A stretch of DNA of 64,000 nucleotides, taken from positions 682,001 to 746,000 of the forward strand of contig MCFH01000009.1 of assembly GCA_002104945.1 (NCBI GenBank). Reading direction: 5' to 3'. The stretch comes from Piromyces finnis finn. Taxonomy: Eukaryota; Fungi; Neocallimastigomycota. Made by a program: the position numbers and the translations under genes. How positions within the stretch are numbered: the stretch's first letter is position 1; the number at the start of each line of letters is the position of its first letter. This document shows positions 42,701 through 60,088 of this stretch, piece after piece. The notes under the pieces were generated by a model. It had not been told where the DNA came from. It worked only from the letters and a program-made list of their open reading frames with translations, and did not search any database.

Positions 42701-42789
<89 letters not shown>

Positions 42790-45700
42790 TTATATTAACA
42801 TCTGTAGATATGTCATCAGATAAAACAGTACTGATAAAACTTATTTTATTATTAATAGAAATTGTTGAATTAACATTGACAATATTTCCTGTTAAACTTT
42901 TATTATGGACTAAGATATTTTCTTTTTCATGAGAGACACTACTACAATTATTATAGTCAGAATTTTTACCTATTTAAATTAAGAATGTATTTATTAAAGT
43001 TATTAACAAAAAATATTAATTCATATTAAATAAATTAGTTTTTAAATATTTGTAGAAAACAACAATTTATAAATAAAATCGTTATGATAATAAAATTATA
43101 TTGAACTAACCTTCAGATGAAAAATAATATGGATTAATATTTGCTAATGAATTCAACTTTATTCCATTACTACTGCCATCATCGTTATAATTAAAATTGA
43201 AATCTAATGACGAATCCATTTGCGATTTCATTTGAAACTCTTTTGGTGTCTCCTCAATATTTGAAATTGTTTTTAAATTAGAAGATTCAAATAATGGATT
43301 TAATGATGTCGATGAAACTGGAATAGGTGAAAAATAATTCATTTCATTAGAAAGATCTATATCATTTTGAATAGAAGAATCCTCATCATTTGGCATATCA
43401 ATGAAAGATTGATTCCATAATGGAAATGTTGAGTCATTATTCAATGTATTAAACTCATAATTTTTTTTATATGTATTTACTGAAGAAAAATCTTCTGGAA
43501 TAGATCTTGAAGAATTAATATCATTTAATTTATTTTGATAATACATAGTAATATTATTGGAAGGCATATTAGAATAAGAATAAAGACTTTTGTTTAATAA
43601 ATTAGAATTTTTACTTAAAGCAGATTTACGAATCAGTGCTTTTCTACTAAACGAGTTCAAATTATTATATTTTTGAAAAGTTGAATATGGATGATAATAA
43701 TTCATTTTTCTTTTCAATTTTTTTCTTAATCCCTGATTAACCAACAATGAGTTGGCTTGAGCAGAATTGATATTTATTAAAGAAGATTGATCACAATAAG
43801 CTATATTTTTATTTCTTATTAGATAATTATTTACCCCTTGATTTTGATAAAGCAATGGTAACATTTGTGGTGATGATGAAATTTTATTTGTTTGATCTAC
43901 CATTAACTTTTTTCTTAATAAATTAGTAGGTGAAACATTTTGATAAAGTAATGGATCTGTTGCTATTCTATCTCTATTTGTCAATTCTGGTATGAGCATT
44001 ATAGGTGAATTCGAGTCTAATAGGTCTAATGATGAATTATCATAAGTTTTTGAAATTGAATCTACGAAATTATTATTACTTGAATCAATTGCATAGAAAG
44101 CTGGTGAAGAAATTCCTTTTAGTTCATTTGGACTAATAACGGGATCCAGTGGTTCAATTGTAATTGCTGTAGCATTTACTCCGGTATTTTCTATAGAATT
44201 CGATGAACCTGCCAAGGAATCTGAATTATAGGACGTTTGTAAAGAGAAATAATCCAATGGTGAAGATTTAGAACCTAGTATTTGGGAATCTACATCCATA
44301 GATGATTGTAATGTAGACTGAGATGAAAAAGTAGTACTTGGCCGTGATAATAAAGTAGAATTTAATTTTGTTTTTTCTAAATATGATGGTTCTACTGGTG
44401 TTAATAATGGTTCCAATGAATCTTCTGACCCTGTTTTTACACTTTTTGAAATATTAGAGAAATCAATGAACTCTGAATCTTGTCCTTTTAATGTATTGGA
44501 ATAATCATAATCAACTAATTCATTATCATAGAATTGACTTTTCGACATCAATTTAGATGAAGAAGATGATAATGGCAATGCATTATTGCTTTTTAGTATT
44601 GTACTATAAAAAGGAGTATTAAGAGATTGACTTGCTGAAGAAGAAGGATGAAAACTATCTTTATCATCCACCATTAATAATTGTTGATAAGGACTTAAGG
44701 ATGTAGAAAAACCAGATTCATATTCTTTTTTAAGAATAGGTGTAATATCATCATTAATAAAATCATTAATATTAGAATTAGAAAAATCATTCAAATCATT
44801 ATTTTTTAAAGAAAAAGGTAAATTAGAGATATCTTCTTGATTTGTTGTGATTACATTATTCGTCTCATTCATAATTAAATCATTAGAATCAATAAAAGGT
44901 GAAAGAACTAAATTATTATCAACGTTTGATGGAATTAAAGAATCAAAAATAGATATTTCTAATGGGTCCGGAATTGTATTTAATAATGGTATAGTATCTT
45001 CTAATTTTTCCAAAGTATTATTATTAGATAAATCCATTAATTGTGAATTATTATTTTCATTTTTTTCTTTCTTTACTTTTTTAAGGTTAGATGTTCGATC
45101 ATTAGGTTTTTTTTCTTTCAATACTGAATTATTTTCTTGTTTACAATTAAGCATAGGTTGAACCGAAAAATGAGTATTAGAATCGTCACTTTCAAATGAA
45201 AAATCTTTATTTAATACTTTATTACTTGGGGAAGATGGGCTTAAATTCAAATCTACTGAAAATGATAAATTCTTATTTGAGAACCTCACTTTATTATTGA
45301 TTTTTTCACTCTCAGACTTAGTTTTTTTCTTTATTTTTAAACTACTATTCCTTGAATTTATTGCTGATAACTTAATAGAAGAAGACTGAGTGATAGGTTT
45401 TATTTTTGGAATTTCAGAAAATGGATGTTTTTGATCTTTTAATTTTGATTTTAAAGTTTTATCCTTATGTAATACATCGTCATCTATTGAAGATAATCCA
45501 TTTGAAATTTTAGCCATTTCAGATGGATTGTAAATAATTGATGAGGATTTAGATGATGTATTTAATAAGTCTTTCCTTTTTCTTTTTTCTAAATAATTTT
45601 GTTATAAATGTATATATTAATTACATTATTTTAATTAATTAATTGCTTATTAAATCATTATATTAATAGTATTGTTAATATTAATTCAATATTTATTATT

Positions 45701-45988
45701 ATACCCACCTAATTTAATTTCTACCGAAAAATTAGTAGACATTTTACCATTATTTAATGACATTTCAACTGTTTCTGTAATGTTATCGTTTTTTATATTA
45801 TCTTTCGAAGCTAGATTTGACTTTTTTTTGAATAATATAAAATAATATATATTACATTACAATTTAATTAAAGTTTGATACTATATTATTTATTTCTATT
45901 ATATAAATAAATCATATTAATTTTACATTATTTAAAACTCGATCTTTATCCTCTGCTTTTTTTAAGGTTTTCTTATTATTACTGTATT
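41136..45988 (-). CDS. Very large APSES (KilA-N) transcription factor, StuA/Efg1/Sok2 subfamily; at least 1370 aa
   Basis: In-frame splicing of 45517(45588)-43111, 42969-42787 and 42658-41136 joins the 803-aa and 480-aa track ORFs. C-terminal PRVTLIPWVDRNTYVYQV...[31 protein letters not shown]...HLKGVWIP. Upstream exons to an ATG at 45988 are tentative. Confidence 0.8.
41750..42090 (-). repeat. Coding Asn/Lys/Ser low-complexity repeat (poly-N, NKNS units) in the APSES protein
   Basis: Translation NNNNNSNNNNNNINNNN...NKNSNKNSNKNNKNKNKNSNK. Confidence 0.85.
42701..42784. repeat. (ATT)28 microsatellite directly after the donor of an APSES-gene intron
   Basis: Minus strand reads AAT G|GT (AAT)28; the intron is 42786-42659. 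Confidence 0.85.
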
Positions 45989-48900
45989 TTTCTTTCATTA
46001 TAAGTATTTTTGTTTGTAATATTATAAATGCCTTCTATATTGTCTTCAGAATATTTGGATATTGAAATTTGATGATTGATTGACTTTATATTATTACCTA
46101 TATAATGAAAGGCATGCCAATAAAAAATTTGATCTTTAATTAGCTGAATTATTAATATTATTAAATTCTAATTATTGAAATATTACTAAATCTTTTCTTT
46201 AAAATAAAGAAAATATTAATATAATATTTACTTTTTTGATAAATCAGTATAAATCAATATAAATATTAAAGATGCGTCACAAATTGTCGTTAATTTATAT
46301 TATCGTTTTATAATTTTTAATAATATCTCTTTTTTTTCTTTTAACTTTTTATATATAATAAATTATAATTACAACTAAAATTTCTAAAAAATATATATTA
46401 TTTAAACTTTAAATTATATTACAAATAAAATTTTCTATTAATTATTAAATATGATAATGAAAATGCGCTTCTTATTTTTACTATACAGGAATCTTTATAA
46501 TATAAATCTATTATTATTATTATTATGTTGTGTTATAATTAAATTTTTAGTATATATTTTTCTGATTTTTAATTTTGACCTTCTTTTTTTTGCTAAATAT
46601 GAAATTGATAGGTTATGATAGTTGTATATCCTATATAAAAATAAAATACTAAAAATTTATATATTTAAATAATAATAATAAATTAAAAAAAAAAAAAAAA
46701 CTACTACTACTATAATTCTATAACTATATTTGCAAATATATAATAACAGTATAAAAAATTAACTATTAATATTTATAAGGGGAAAAAAAAAAAAAATTTA
46801 CATTTAAAAATAATTGTTTGATAAATAGATTTTGTTTTCTGACGTTAAATTAAGTTTTTTTTTTTAAATCTACTTTCGTTTATTATTGATTATTGTTATG
46901 AAAGGGAAATATAATATTATATTAATGAAGAATAATGCTATATTTCACTTTCATTTCTTTTAAATAAACAAATAGTCTTGATTTTATTATAATTTTAGTA
47001 ATAGACTAATGATTTTTATATTAAATTATTAATATTAGTTTTATCAAATTTTATATAATTTCAAATATTCTTTATATTCTGAAATAAAATTAATAATATT
47101 CTTAATATAATTTAATATATTATTATATCTTTTTTTCAGTTTTTTTTTTTTTTTTTTTTTTTTTTTGTTCAATTTTAACTATTCTTATTATATTTTTAAT
47201 ATATAAATAATTATTGAATTATTAGATATTTTTTTTATATATTTAAAGGAAAATTATGAAAATAAATATAATATAAATTTAAAATAAAATTATGTTTTGT
47301 ATAACTATTCTAAATTAGATATTACCCTATTTTTTCTAATTTTGCTTTTTTTATTATTATTATTTTTTTTTTAATTTATTTAAATTGTTTGTTAATACTA
47401 TTTTCAAACATTATCTCTTACATATAATTATTATATATATAAAGACAATTATTCAAATGTTAATTATTACTTATTTTTATTAAATGATAATGATTTTATC
47501 ATATAAAAATACTATTTTTTAAAAATGTCAAATTTAAAAAATTCATTTTTATTTGGTTTAACGGGGGAAATAAGGCTTATATTCTCTTTTATTTAAAACT
47601 TAAAGTTTTAAAATAAAAGCCTAAAAAAAAGTTTTATTTTTTGTTATAAAAAATTTTTTTATCAAAGCCAATGAAAAAATATTTTAAGCCTTGAAATTAA
47701 AATTTAATTATTTTTCTTTGTTATTTTTATTCTTATTAAAAATGAAATATAACGAACGATTATTATGTCACTTTTTAATAATTAATATGAATGGATATAA
47801 TCAAATTTTGAAATAATATATATATATTTTTTTGCTGTTGGTATATTATATTGTAATATATTTGTGGGATTTATTTAATGTTATTATTTTGCTGGTTTTA
47901 TATATATATATTATTGTTAATAGTGAAAATGAAGAATGAAAAAAAAAAAAAAGAGAATATTTTTTTTTACTTTCTTCAAATATATTATGTAAATTGATAA
48001 TAAAATAAAATTTACAAAGTAATAATTTTATATTAATAATATAAAATGAATTTTACTAAAAAGAAATAGAAACTAAAATATTATAATATTGAATTTAAAA
48101 AAAAAAGAGAAAGTATTTTTTTTACAGTAAAATTAAAAAAAAGTAATATTTCCTTTATACTAAATACAAAATATAAAAATGGTTAAAAATAAAAAAAGAA
48201 AAAAAGAAAGTAGAAAACTAATTTAAAGTAAAAAATAAAATAAAAAAGAGAAAAAGAGGTGAAGTTGTATATAAAATAAAAAAAAATAATTAATTTATTT
48301 TAAAGTATATTTTAATATATTGAATAATATATTAAAAACAATATAAATATTATATTTTGTATATTAGGATTATATTTCAAAAAAATTTTAAATTTTTATT
48401 AGTCTCTTAAATAGAAAAAATTTTTGATTAAACAAATAAGTAGCTTTAATATAAATGGTAACTATTCATTTTCATAAAAGAACTTACTAATTATTTTATT
48501 ACTATTATGTATTAAGTTTAAAAGTAAATATTATACTAAACTAATAAATAATAAAACTAAATATTAATGATTGTATGATTACTTTTAAAGATTAATACCT
48601 ATGAATTAAATTAATGTTTATTACTCTTTTAAAATTAAATTAACAATTCCTTTAAAAATTTGATAAGCCAAAAATTTAAAATATTATATAAAATCCTATT
48701 CACAAATAAAAAATAAAAATTATTTTTTTCCAGATATCATAGGTAAAAATTATAATACGTCAAATAATGATATATCTTTTATATAATAATTACATTTTAT
48801 AATAATGAATAGCAAAAAAATATATTATAGCAAGAATATTTATTTGCTATTCTTCCTTAGTAATTTGATATCATTATTATAACAAAAATTATAAATAATA

Positions 48901-50852
48901 TCAAATTAAATATGTCTATAATACTTAAATAATTGTTTATTATATATTACTTTTATAATTTATAACTATTAATGTCTTCTATTATTATTATTATTATAAT
49001 ATTTATTATATGCCATTATTATTGATTGCTATTATCATTATCCTTATACTTATTGTTATTATTATTTTTGTTGTTGTTGTTGTTATTTGAAGTAATAGTA
49101 ATCTATCTATTATAAATGATTATTCTTTCTATCAATAATTAATAATTGCTTTTAATATTTAGTTTTTTAAAACTATTCATCTTTTTTATTATCATTAAAA
49201 TTGTTTCTTAAATTATATTTGTTTTTAAATGGTAATTTTGTTTTATAATATTTAGTGGATAATACATTTATAATATATATAATCATATATTATTTAATTT
49301 ATTATAATGAAATTGAATGGATATTCCAACTTTTAAAATATTCTGTATAATAAAATAAAAAACTTTATTATATTTAAATAAAGGTCATAATATATTAATT
49401 ATATATGAAGAGTAAAGTGTATTTAATTTATAATATATTAATTATATATTTGTATATAATAATAAAAAGAGGCATAATATATTTATAATATATTTTATAA
49501 TATATTAAAATATTTTAATAATTATAATAAAATATACTTAAATATATTTCTTATATTTTTTAAAAATTGTTCTTTTTATTTTTTTGTATTTTAAATATTA
49601 TTACCAAAAAAGGATAATTAATTTATAAATTCAAAATATATTAAAAATAATTGATTCAAACACAAAACCAAACTATATAATATATATTATGAATATAAAT
49701 TTTAATATATTATAATTATATTTAGATATATATAGAAATGTATTGAATATTATATACCAATTCAAGATTTAAATAATGCCAAAGTAAAATAAAAAATATA
49801 CTAAATATAGATTTATTTTAATTAATTTTTGGTTTTTTTTTTTTTAATTATAGATTAAAACTTTATTTTAATATTAATAACACCAAGATCAAAGTAATAA
49901 TGAAAAAGCAGAAAAAAGTAACAAATTACTAATGACCAATAGACAAATTAAAAAAGGGGTGGTTATATAATAAAAAATTAAAATAGTTATTTTAATTAAG
50001 AAACAAATGATTAGCAATAACATATAACATCATATATAAGTTTGTATAAAATGTTTTTATTTGACTTAATAATTGACTTTTTCGATACAGAGAATTAAAT
50101 ATTTCGAAGGAAATAAGAAACAAAAACTTCTAAGCTAATTTATACTTTTTAATTATAATAAATTAATTTTAGTTTTTTAAAATAATATTCAATCTTTTTA
50201 TTGTTTCATTACCACTCTTTTTTGGCTTAGATTTAATAAAAAATGAAAAAAAATTATCAAATAAAAAAATAAGTGAAGATCATAGAAATAATAATAATAT
50301 AAATTAATTTAATATAATATTAATAAATAATTATTTAAAATTATTAATAATAATATTAATTATAAGTTGTTTTTTTAAGAATGTGGTATGGAAATACCAA
50401 TTGTCTAATTATTAAAACATATATTTGAAATAAAATTACATATCAAAGCTATGGTTAATTTTATTATTATTTATAAAGTAATATATTGTCTTTATGGTAA
50501 TTGTTACAAGAATTCATTGCTACGGAAAATTACTTTTTTAATAATTTGTTAAATTAAAAAATTATTGATATTGATTAAAAAATAGCTATATATTCAGATG
50601 TCTATTTTTTCATAATATTTTTATAAAATTCTTCTCAAAAATATAAAAGGTTAATAGATAATAATATAATAAAGAAAGTTATGTATCTTTAAATATATAG
50701 TAAATTTGTAAATTATCAACATCAAATAAAGATGAATAAAGGATATAAAAATAGATTTATTACCTCTAAAAGGTTAAATTTATTTATTCCAATATACAAT
50801 TAAAATTAATATATTAAAACATTTTCTCTATCAATTATAATTCTAATTTTAA

Positions 50853-51058
<206 letters not shown>

Positions 51059-52015
51059 GGAAAACTACAAAGTAATATTTTAATTCTTAAATAGAGTATT
51101 GATATCAATCAAGCAATAATATCAAATTTTTAATAAATAAAATATTTATTATATTTCTTTTTATCTATATGAATTACTATTAAATTATAAAATTTCCTTT
51201 TTAAGTAAAATTTTTATACTAATATTTATATATTAGTTTTGTAAATTTTGATATAATAACTAATCATAGAATAAATTTAACCCTAGTTATTTCTGTTGTT
51301 AAATTTGTATTTATAATAATGGAATTAATTATTTTATATTTAAAATAATATTATTATTATTAAGAGAAAAAAGATTAACAAGTGATAGATTTTATTCAAT
51401 TAGTTTTTTTATACTAATTATTTTAAACTATAATTTTTTTAAAAAAATAATATTAATTATTTTATATATTTTGCAAAGATTTTCTTATTAACATACCATT
51501 AAAATTATAATTTTCTTTTAATACTAATGGAGATTAATAATTATAATTATTATTATATTTTATTTTTTATTTCATCTCACTATTCAATTTTCTCTTGTTA
51601 CACAATAATATTTGTTTAAATTCTTTCATGAGAATTTTTTAATCATATTCATTCTTATTAATAATATATAAAATTCTCTTATTATACCATATGAAAATTA
51701 TGTGTGTATATATGTATTAATAAATAGATCATATATGAATAATTTTCTCATTGGAAAAATATATCTTTTCCTTTTCATTATGCATTCAATATATACAATA
51801 AATATTCTCATCCTTTCAGGCTTATAAATATTATAAATTTTTTCATATAAAATTTATTTTACATTTTTATAACTATAAAAATATATTTAAAACAAAATAT
51901 AGAAATTTTGAAATATTATTTTTGGTTTCTATATTTTAATATATATATATATTTATTTTATACTATATATATAAAAAAATAATAAAGTAAAATAAAAAGG
52001 TGATAATAACCAAAT

Positions 52016-53589
52016 ATGATTTATAATAGTATTTATAATTTAAATGGATACTGGAGGTAATACAAAAAAAAACTTTATAATTTCTAATAATAATAGCGTT
52101 TAATTAATTATTGAGTTTAAAACTTATATTTAGTCCAACAACTTCAAGTATTGACTGGTGTGAAGAAAATTATACAAGTATATATATATTATAATTAATA
52201 AATAAAGATATAATACTATTAATATATTATTAATTATAATAAATTATTAATTTTTTTTAAAAATATTTAAACTTAGTGACTAAATATATAGCTGAATTTT
52301 GGAATACTCTAAGTAATGGAATATATATTGCATTTGCATTGATAGGAATATGGTTTGTTAAGAAATATCATTATGAAAAACGTTACTTTTGGGCATATTT
52401 TGTAATTTTTAAGTTTTTATTATTAGATTTATGTTTATGAATTAATAAAAATATTAAAATAATATAATAAAATTAATATTATTTATTAAAAATTTAAAAG
52501 GGTTTATTGTGTATTGGTATTGGTTCATGGTAAGTAATATTTAATAATTATAAAAATATTTGTAACAATTCATTATTTTTTATTAATTAATAATTTATTT
52601 TTATTTAATTATTTAATCAATTATTTATTAAGGTTATTTCATATGACCTTAAAATATCAAATGGAATTAGCAGATGAATTACCAAGTAAGAAAATAATAT
52701 TATATACTTCTATTAATATTTTATTAATTTTTTCTATTAATAACCTATTTTAGTGATATACACTTGCTGTATTTCTATATACTGCATGTAATTATAAAAT
52801 TATATGTTTTTATTTAAATTTATTAAATATAAAATAAATAAATAAAAAAATATTTATGACTTAATTTTATTTATTTATTCATTTATGTATTAATTAGATT
52901 TGAAACATCAAATATTAAGACATATAGACCTTATATTTTAATAAACTTATGGATAATTGCATTATTATTTACAGTGATTTATACTGAAATCATATCCTGG
53001 CCTTGGTTTCAGCATGGTGCCATTATATTTTTAATTGGTGTTATTATTTATAGGTAATAATAAAATTAAACGAAATTTCATTATTATATTAATTCTAATA
53101 TATTATATTAATTTAAAAAAAAAAAAATAGATCATTATATTACATTCATGACTTATCAAATACAAATGCTTTAAAGAAAAATTTATCTATCCAGAAACAT
53201 TTAAATATTTTGAGAGTTTTATTAGTAGTATGTGCTTTTACTTATGCTCTTGCTTTTCTCTTATGGAATATTGACAATACTCAATGCAATTATTTAATTA
53301 GTCTAAGAAATAAATATCCTTCTTTAAAATTTCTATTCCAATTTCATGGTAAGTCATTATATATACAATACTTTAAATTTGAATAATTAGAAAAAATATT
53401 AAGACACATTTTTTTTAAAATATATTTATAATAGCTTGGTGGCATATATTGACAGGAATTGGAACATATTATTATTTTATTTTTAGTCAATATTTAAGAA
53501 ATATTATCTGTGATTATGAATACACTCAAATGGAATGGTTGTTTCACCTTGTTCCATATGTTTCTCGTAGCTATAAACATACATTATAA
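52016..53589 (+). CDS. Alkaline ceramidase (ACER3/Ypc1/Ydc1 family, CREST superfamily); multi-exon
   Basis: [78 protein letters not shown]; the three Zn-binding His are present. Confidence 0.92.
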
Positions 53590-54139
53590 AATATATATGT
53601 ACTTATATTTTAATAATAATTAATATATTATTTTTTAAATTTATTTTATTAGTTATACTTTTATTTTCAATTTAAATATAGTTACTTTCACTTATATTTT
53701 ACTTCTTATTGTTATTTTTATTATTGTTTATTACTTAACTATCTATTTTATTAATAAATGAGTTTAATTATTATTATAATGAATATTATAAGTATAAATA
53801 ACAACTACTTGTACTAAATCTGGAAATAATTGTATTATTATTATTATTATAATTATTATTATTAATAAAATAAAAAAAAAAGTTAAAATTTTTTAGATAA
53901 ATTTTTAATCAAGTTTTTTATTTATAATTTTGTGTTACTCTACAAAATTTGATCTAATATTTTAAATTGTAATTATCCATTAAGCAATTCTAAAACAAAT
54001 CTTTTATATTTATTATATTTTTTTATAAAAAAAATCTTTTTTTTTTCTTCTTTTAAGTAATATTTAAATTATATTAAATTATTTTTTATTTAAATAAACA
54101 AAATTATTTAAAAGGTAAAAGATAAAAAAAAAAAAAAAA

Positions 54140-54173
<34 letters not shown>

Positions 54174-54351
54174 AATAGTAATTTGATTTATTAGAATTAA
54201 TAAGTTTTTTTTAAAAAAAAAAAAAACAATTACAAATATATTACAAAGTTTTATATTTGTTTATATAAAATTCATTAATTAATAAATAATATTACTCGAA
54301 TAATATGGATATTAAAAATTATAATTATTATTATTATAATTATTATTATTT

Positions 54352-54382
<31 letters not shown>

Positions 54383-54418
54383 TTACTCAAAAATAAATAA
54401 ATAAAAAACAATTTAGAA

Positions 54419-56682
<2,264 letters not shown>

Positions 56683-56761
56683 TTTTTATGGGCCTTTAAA
56701 AAAAAAATATTAAGATCCTAATTATTGATGTAGCAATTATTAATAGCATATAAATAAGATT

Positions 56762-56762
<1 letters not shown>

Positions 56763-56804
<42 letters not shown>
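56763..56804. repeat. Genomic poly(A) tract, 42 nt, about 80 nt after the AAT stop
   Basis: Direct reading. Confidence 0.9.
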
Positions 56805-56805
<1 letters not shown>

Positions 56806-57002
56806 CAGATATAATAAAAATGTATAGTATATATTTTTTAATTTTTTTTTTTATAATAATAAAATAATAGTTTATATTTTTATTTTTAAATTTCAGTATT
56901 AAAAATAAGTAAAATATTATATTTTTATTATTTTATTTCTTTTTTAATTTTCGTTAATATATTTTATTATTATTATTATTATTTTTTTATTTATTTTTAC
57001 TT

Positions 57003-57339
57003 TTACATAATTAAACATTTATCATCAGATTCTTTTGGTTTATTTATATTTGAGAATCTAATATTTTGATATGAATTATTTTTTCTATTGTTATTTGTTA
57101 CACTACTATTTCGTCTTGCATTTGAATCATGATTTTGATTGTTATTTCTATTGGCTTGATTTTTCTTTGTATTATATTTTGCTATTTTTTTAATTCTTTC
57201 ATCTCTTCTCTTTTCTTCATCTTCTTGCAATGATAACGCAATAGCATAATCCAAACTTTTTTTTTTTTAATATATATTAAAAAGAATAATTAAATAATCA
57301 AATTAAAAAGTGCTTTTCTTTTTTTTTTTTTTTTTTTTA

Positions 57340-57409
<70 letters not shown>

Positions 57410-59668
57410 TGAAATGCTTACTCTTCATTTGGTTCATTTAATATTAAATCACAGTTTGGTTTGTCATCATATGTTTTAAATAAACCATCAACAAATATAG
57501 AATCACCATCAATAGTAGAAAGAGATTCCCAAACAATTTTCTTCTCATTAACAAAACCTTGGTCAGTTACTAATGTATACATATTATTATCTTCTGTTTT
57601 AATTAATGTTAAAAAGTGATTATTTCTAAAAAATGCTGTTGGTTCCCCAATTTCTAATACTTCTGGAATAGAAGTAAGTCCATGATAGGTTAATTGAGAA
57701 GCATTCGATTCAATAAAGTTTTTACATACTAAACCTTTAATATAAAAATAAATATTAATTTAAAAATATAATAATGGAATAAATATAAAATATATATTAT
57801 TCATATAATAATGAATAATAATGTAACTTATTTTTCTAAAACGCTTTTCTTACCATCGTGATATAATTTTTCTTTTTTATTATTTTCATTAATAGATTCT
57901 TGACATGAATTGAGATCAGTTCTCGAATTACAAGCTGAATCACATTCTATGATTTTCTCAACTACTTTATTATAATTTCCACATTCTTTTACAATAATTC
58001 TATAGGTTTCATCATCTTCTGGATCAACTGTCCATCCATGTACAAGTTTAATATTAAAAAATCTAAATACTGATAAGGCAGGTGAAGGTTCAAAAGATGA
58101 GACAGAATCAAATTTCACGTTTACATCTAACCCTTTTTTTAAAGTTGGTATAATGTCTAAAACGTCTTGGAAATTAAAATCAGTATCGTCAGAATTACAC
58201 TATTTGGTCAAATATGAAAAAATTAATTAATATTGAATTAGAGTAATTTAATTAACTATAACATATTTGGTTTAATTAATATTACATTGTTATTTCGGTT
58301 ACTGGTATTTCTTGCAATATAATCACCTAAAATATCAATTATTTCTTCATAAGTAATTTCAGTTTTTTTTACTGGTATTGATATATCACCTCTTAAAATT
58401 AATATATTACCTTAAATAATAAATAAAAAATATATTAAATAAAATTATTAAAATACTTCGTTTTTGAAAATTTATATTTTAATATATACTTTAATATATA
58501 TATAATCATTTATATTATAATATGTATGATATTTACATAATGCTAATAATGGACAAGGTCCATTTATATTTTGTGTAATAATATTTTTTTGCTGTATAAT
58601 TCCTTGATATTCATTTTTTTTCTCAATAACTTTTAATTTATAAACATCTTCTTCTTTTTCCTATTTAATTAATTAGTTATTTATTTATTTATTTAAATAA
58701 GTATTAATATTATTAATTATTATTAATTATTTAAATAAATAAATATAATAGTAGAAATTTAATTACTTTTTGTTTCAATTTATTTTCCTTAGCCTGATCC
58801 ATGACTAAAATTTAATAATTTATTTTATAATTTAGAATATTTATGATTAATACGTTTAATTTTTTTTTTTTTTTTTTTTTTTTTAATATTTCAGGCATTT
58901 TATTATATTTTTACTTTCACTGTTTTTTTCTGGTTCTTGTTTGTTATTATAATTAATTTGTTTTTCTTCATTAATATTATGCTTATTTAAATCTATTTTT
59001 GTTATTTCATTTGAAAGTTCTTTATTATTTTATTATCATAATTTTTTAAATTCAAAGTTTTAAAAATAATTTAAATATGTAGAAATTATAAATAATTAAC
59101 AATTATTGTATATTATTACCTTTTTAATAATAAGATAATTGTATATAATATTTACCATTCATACTATTATTTTGGTATTCCGTAAAATTATTAATGTTAT
59201 TGTCTTTATTATCATTTTCTAAAAATACATTAAACAAAACCGAGTTTTAATATAGATTTTTTAAAATTTAGCATATTGTAAATAGGATTTAAATATTACT
59301 ATATATTATTAATAATTACCTAGCTTTTCTGCTATATTTATTTTCATTAAATCACTATCATTGTTTTTGCTTCCATCTAATATATTAAAAATCATATATA
59401 AAATGAAATTTATATATATTAAATTCAATACTATATTTTTTTTAAAAAAAAAAAAATCTTTGTTTCTTATAAATATGAAAATACTAATATATATATATGT
59501 ATATTTTCAGTAAATAAAAAATAATTATTAAATTTTATTAGCAATATCCTCAGTTGAAGTAATAAATATACCATTAATTTGATTATTAGTTAAATCCAAA
59601 TTATCTTCATTATCCCTTGTAGTTTCATTAAGAAAGTTTGAATGTGACTCATTTTCTTTTGAATTCAT
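57003..59668 (-). CDS. MINDY-1/2 family K48 deubiquitinase (DUF544) with MIU motif and CaaX box
   Basis: TQNINGPCPLLAL (catalytic Cys), GLDVNVKF, LVHGWTVDP, FFRNNHF (His), LVTDQGF, VWESL, DYAIALSLQEDEE (MIU), ends KCLIM*. The 5' exons are approximate. Confidence 0.9.
57340..57405. repeat. (AAT)n microsatellite in the last MINDY intron
   Basis: Direct reading. Confidence 0.9.
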
Positions 59669-60088
59669 ATTTAAATTTGTTGTTATTTATAAGATGCAAT
59701 AAAAAATAAAATTAATTATGTCTATATAAAATTTACAATTTCAAAAAAAAAAAAAAAAAACATTTGTATTTTATGAAATTGTATTATTTATTATGTTGTT
59801 TTAACTACTTCTTATTAATTAATTTATATATTATTATATTGACTTTTATTATTATTATTAATTTTATAATATCAATTTATTATTTTTGTTTCTTTTAATT
59901 TCTTTATTATTTTTTACTTTTTATTTAAGGAATACAAATTTCAAAATGCTATTAAATTTTATTAATTAAATTTCATATATTTAATTAATTTTAAAAATAA
60001 TTTTAATAATAATTGAAATAAAATGGTACAATTTAATATTTTTTCTATTTATTAATATCTAAATTATATAAAATTTAGATAATTTATA

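Noticed and set aside
48960-49110. Asn-rich exon-like fragment on the minus strand (ITITSNNNNNKNNNNKYKDNDNSNQ*)
   Set aside because: Bounded by stops and frameshifted; most likely degenerate AAC/AAT repeat DNA.
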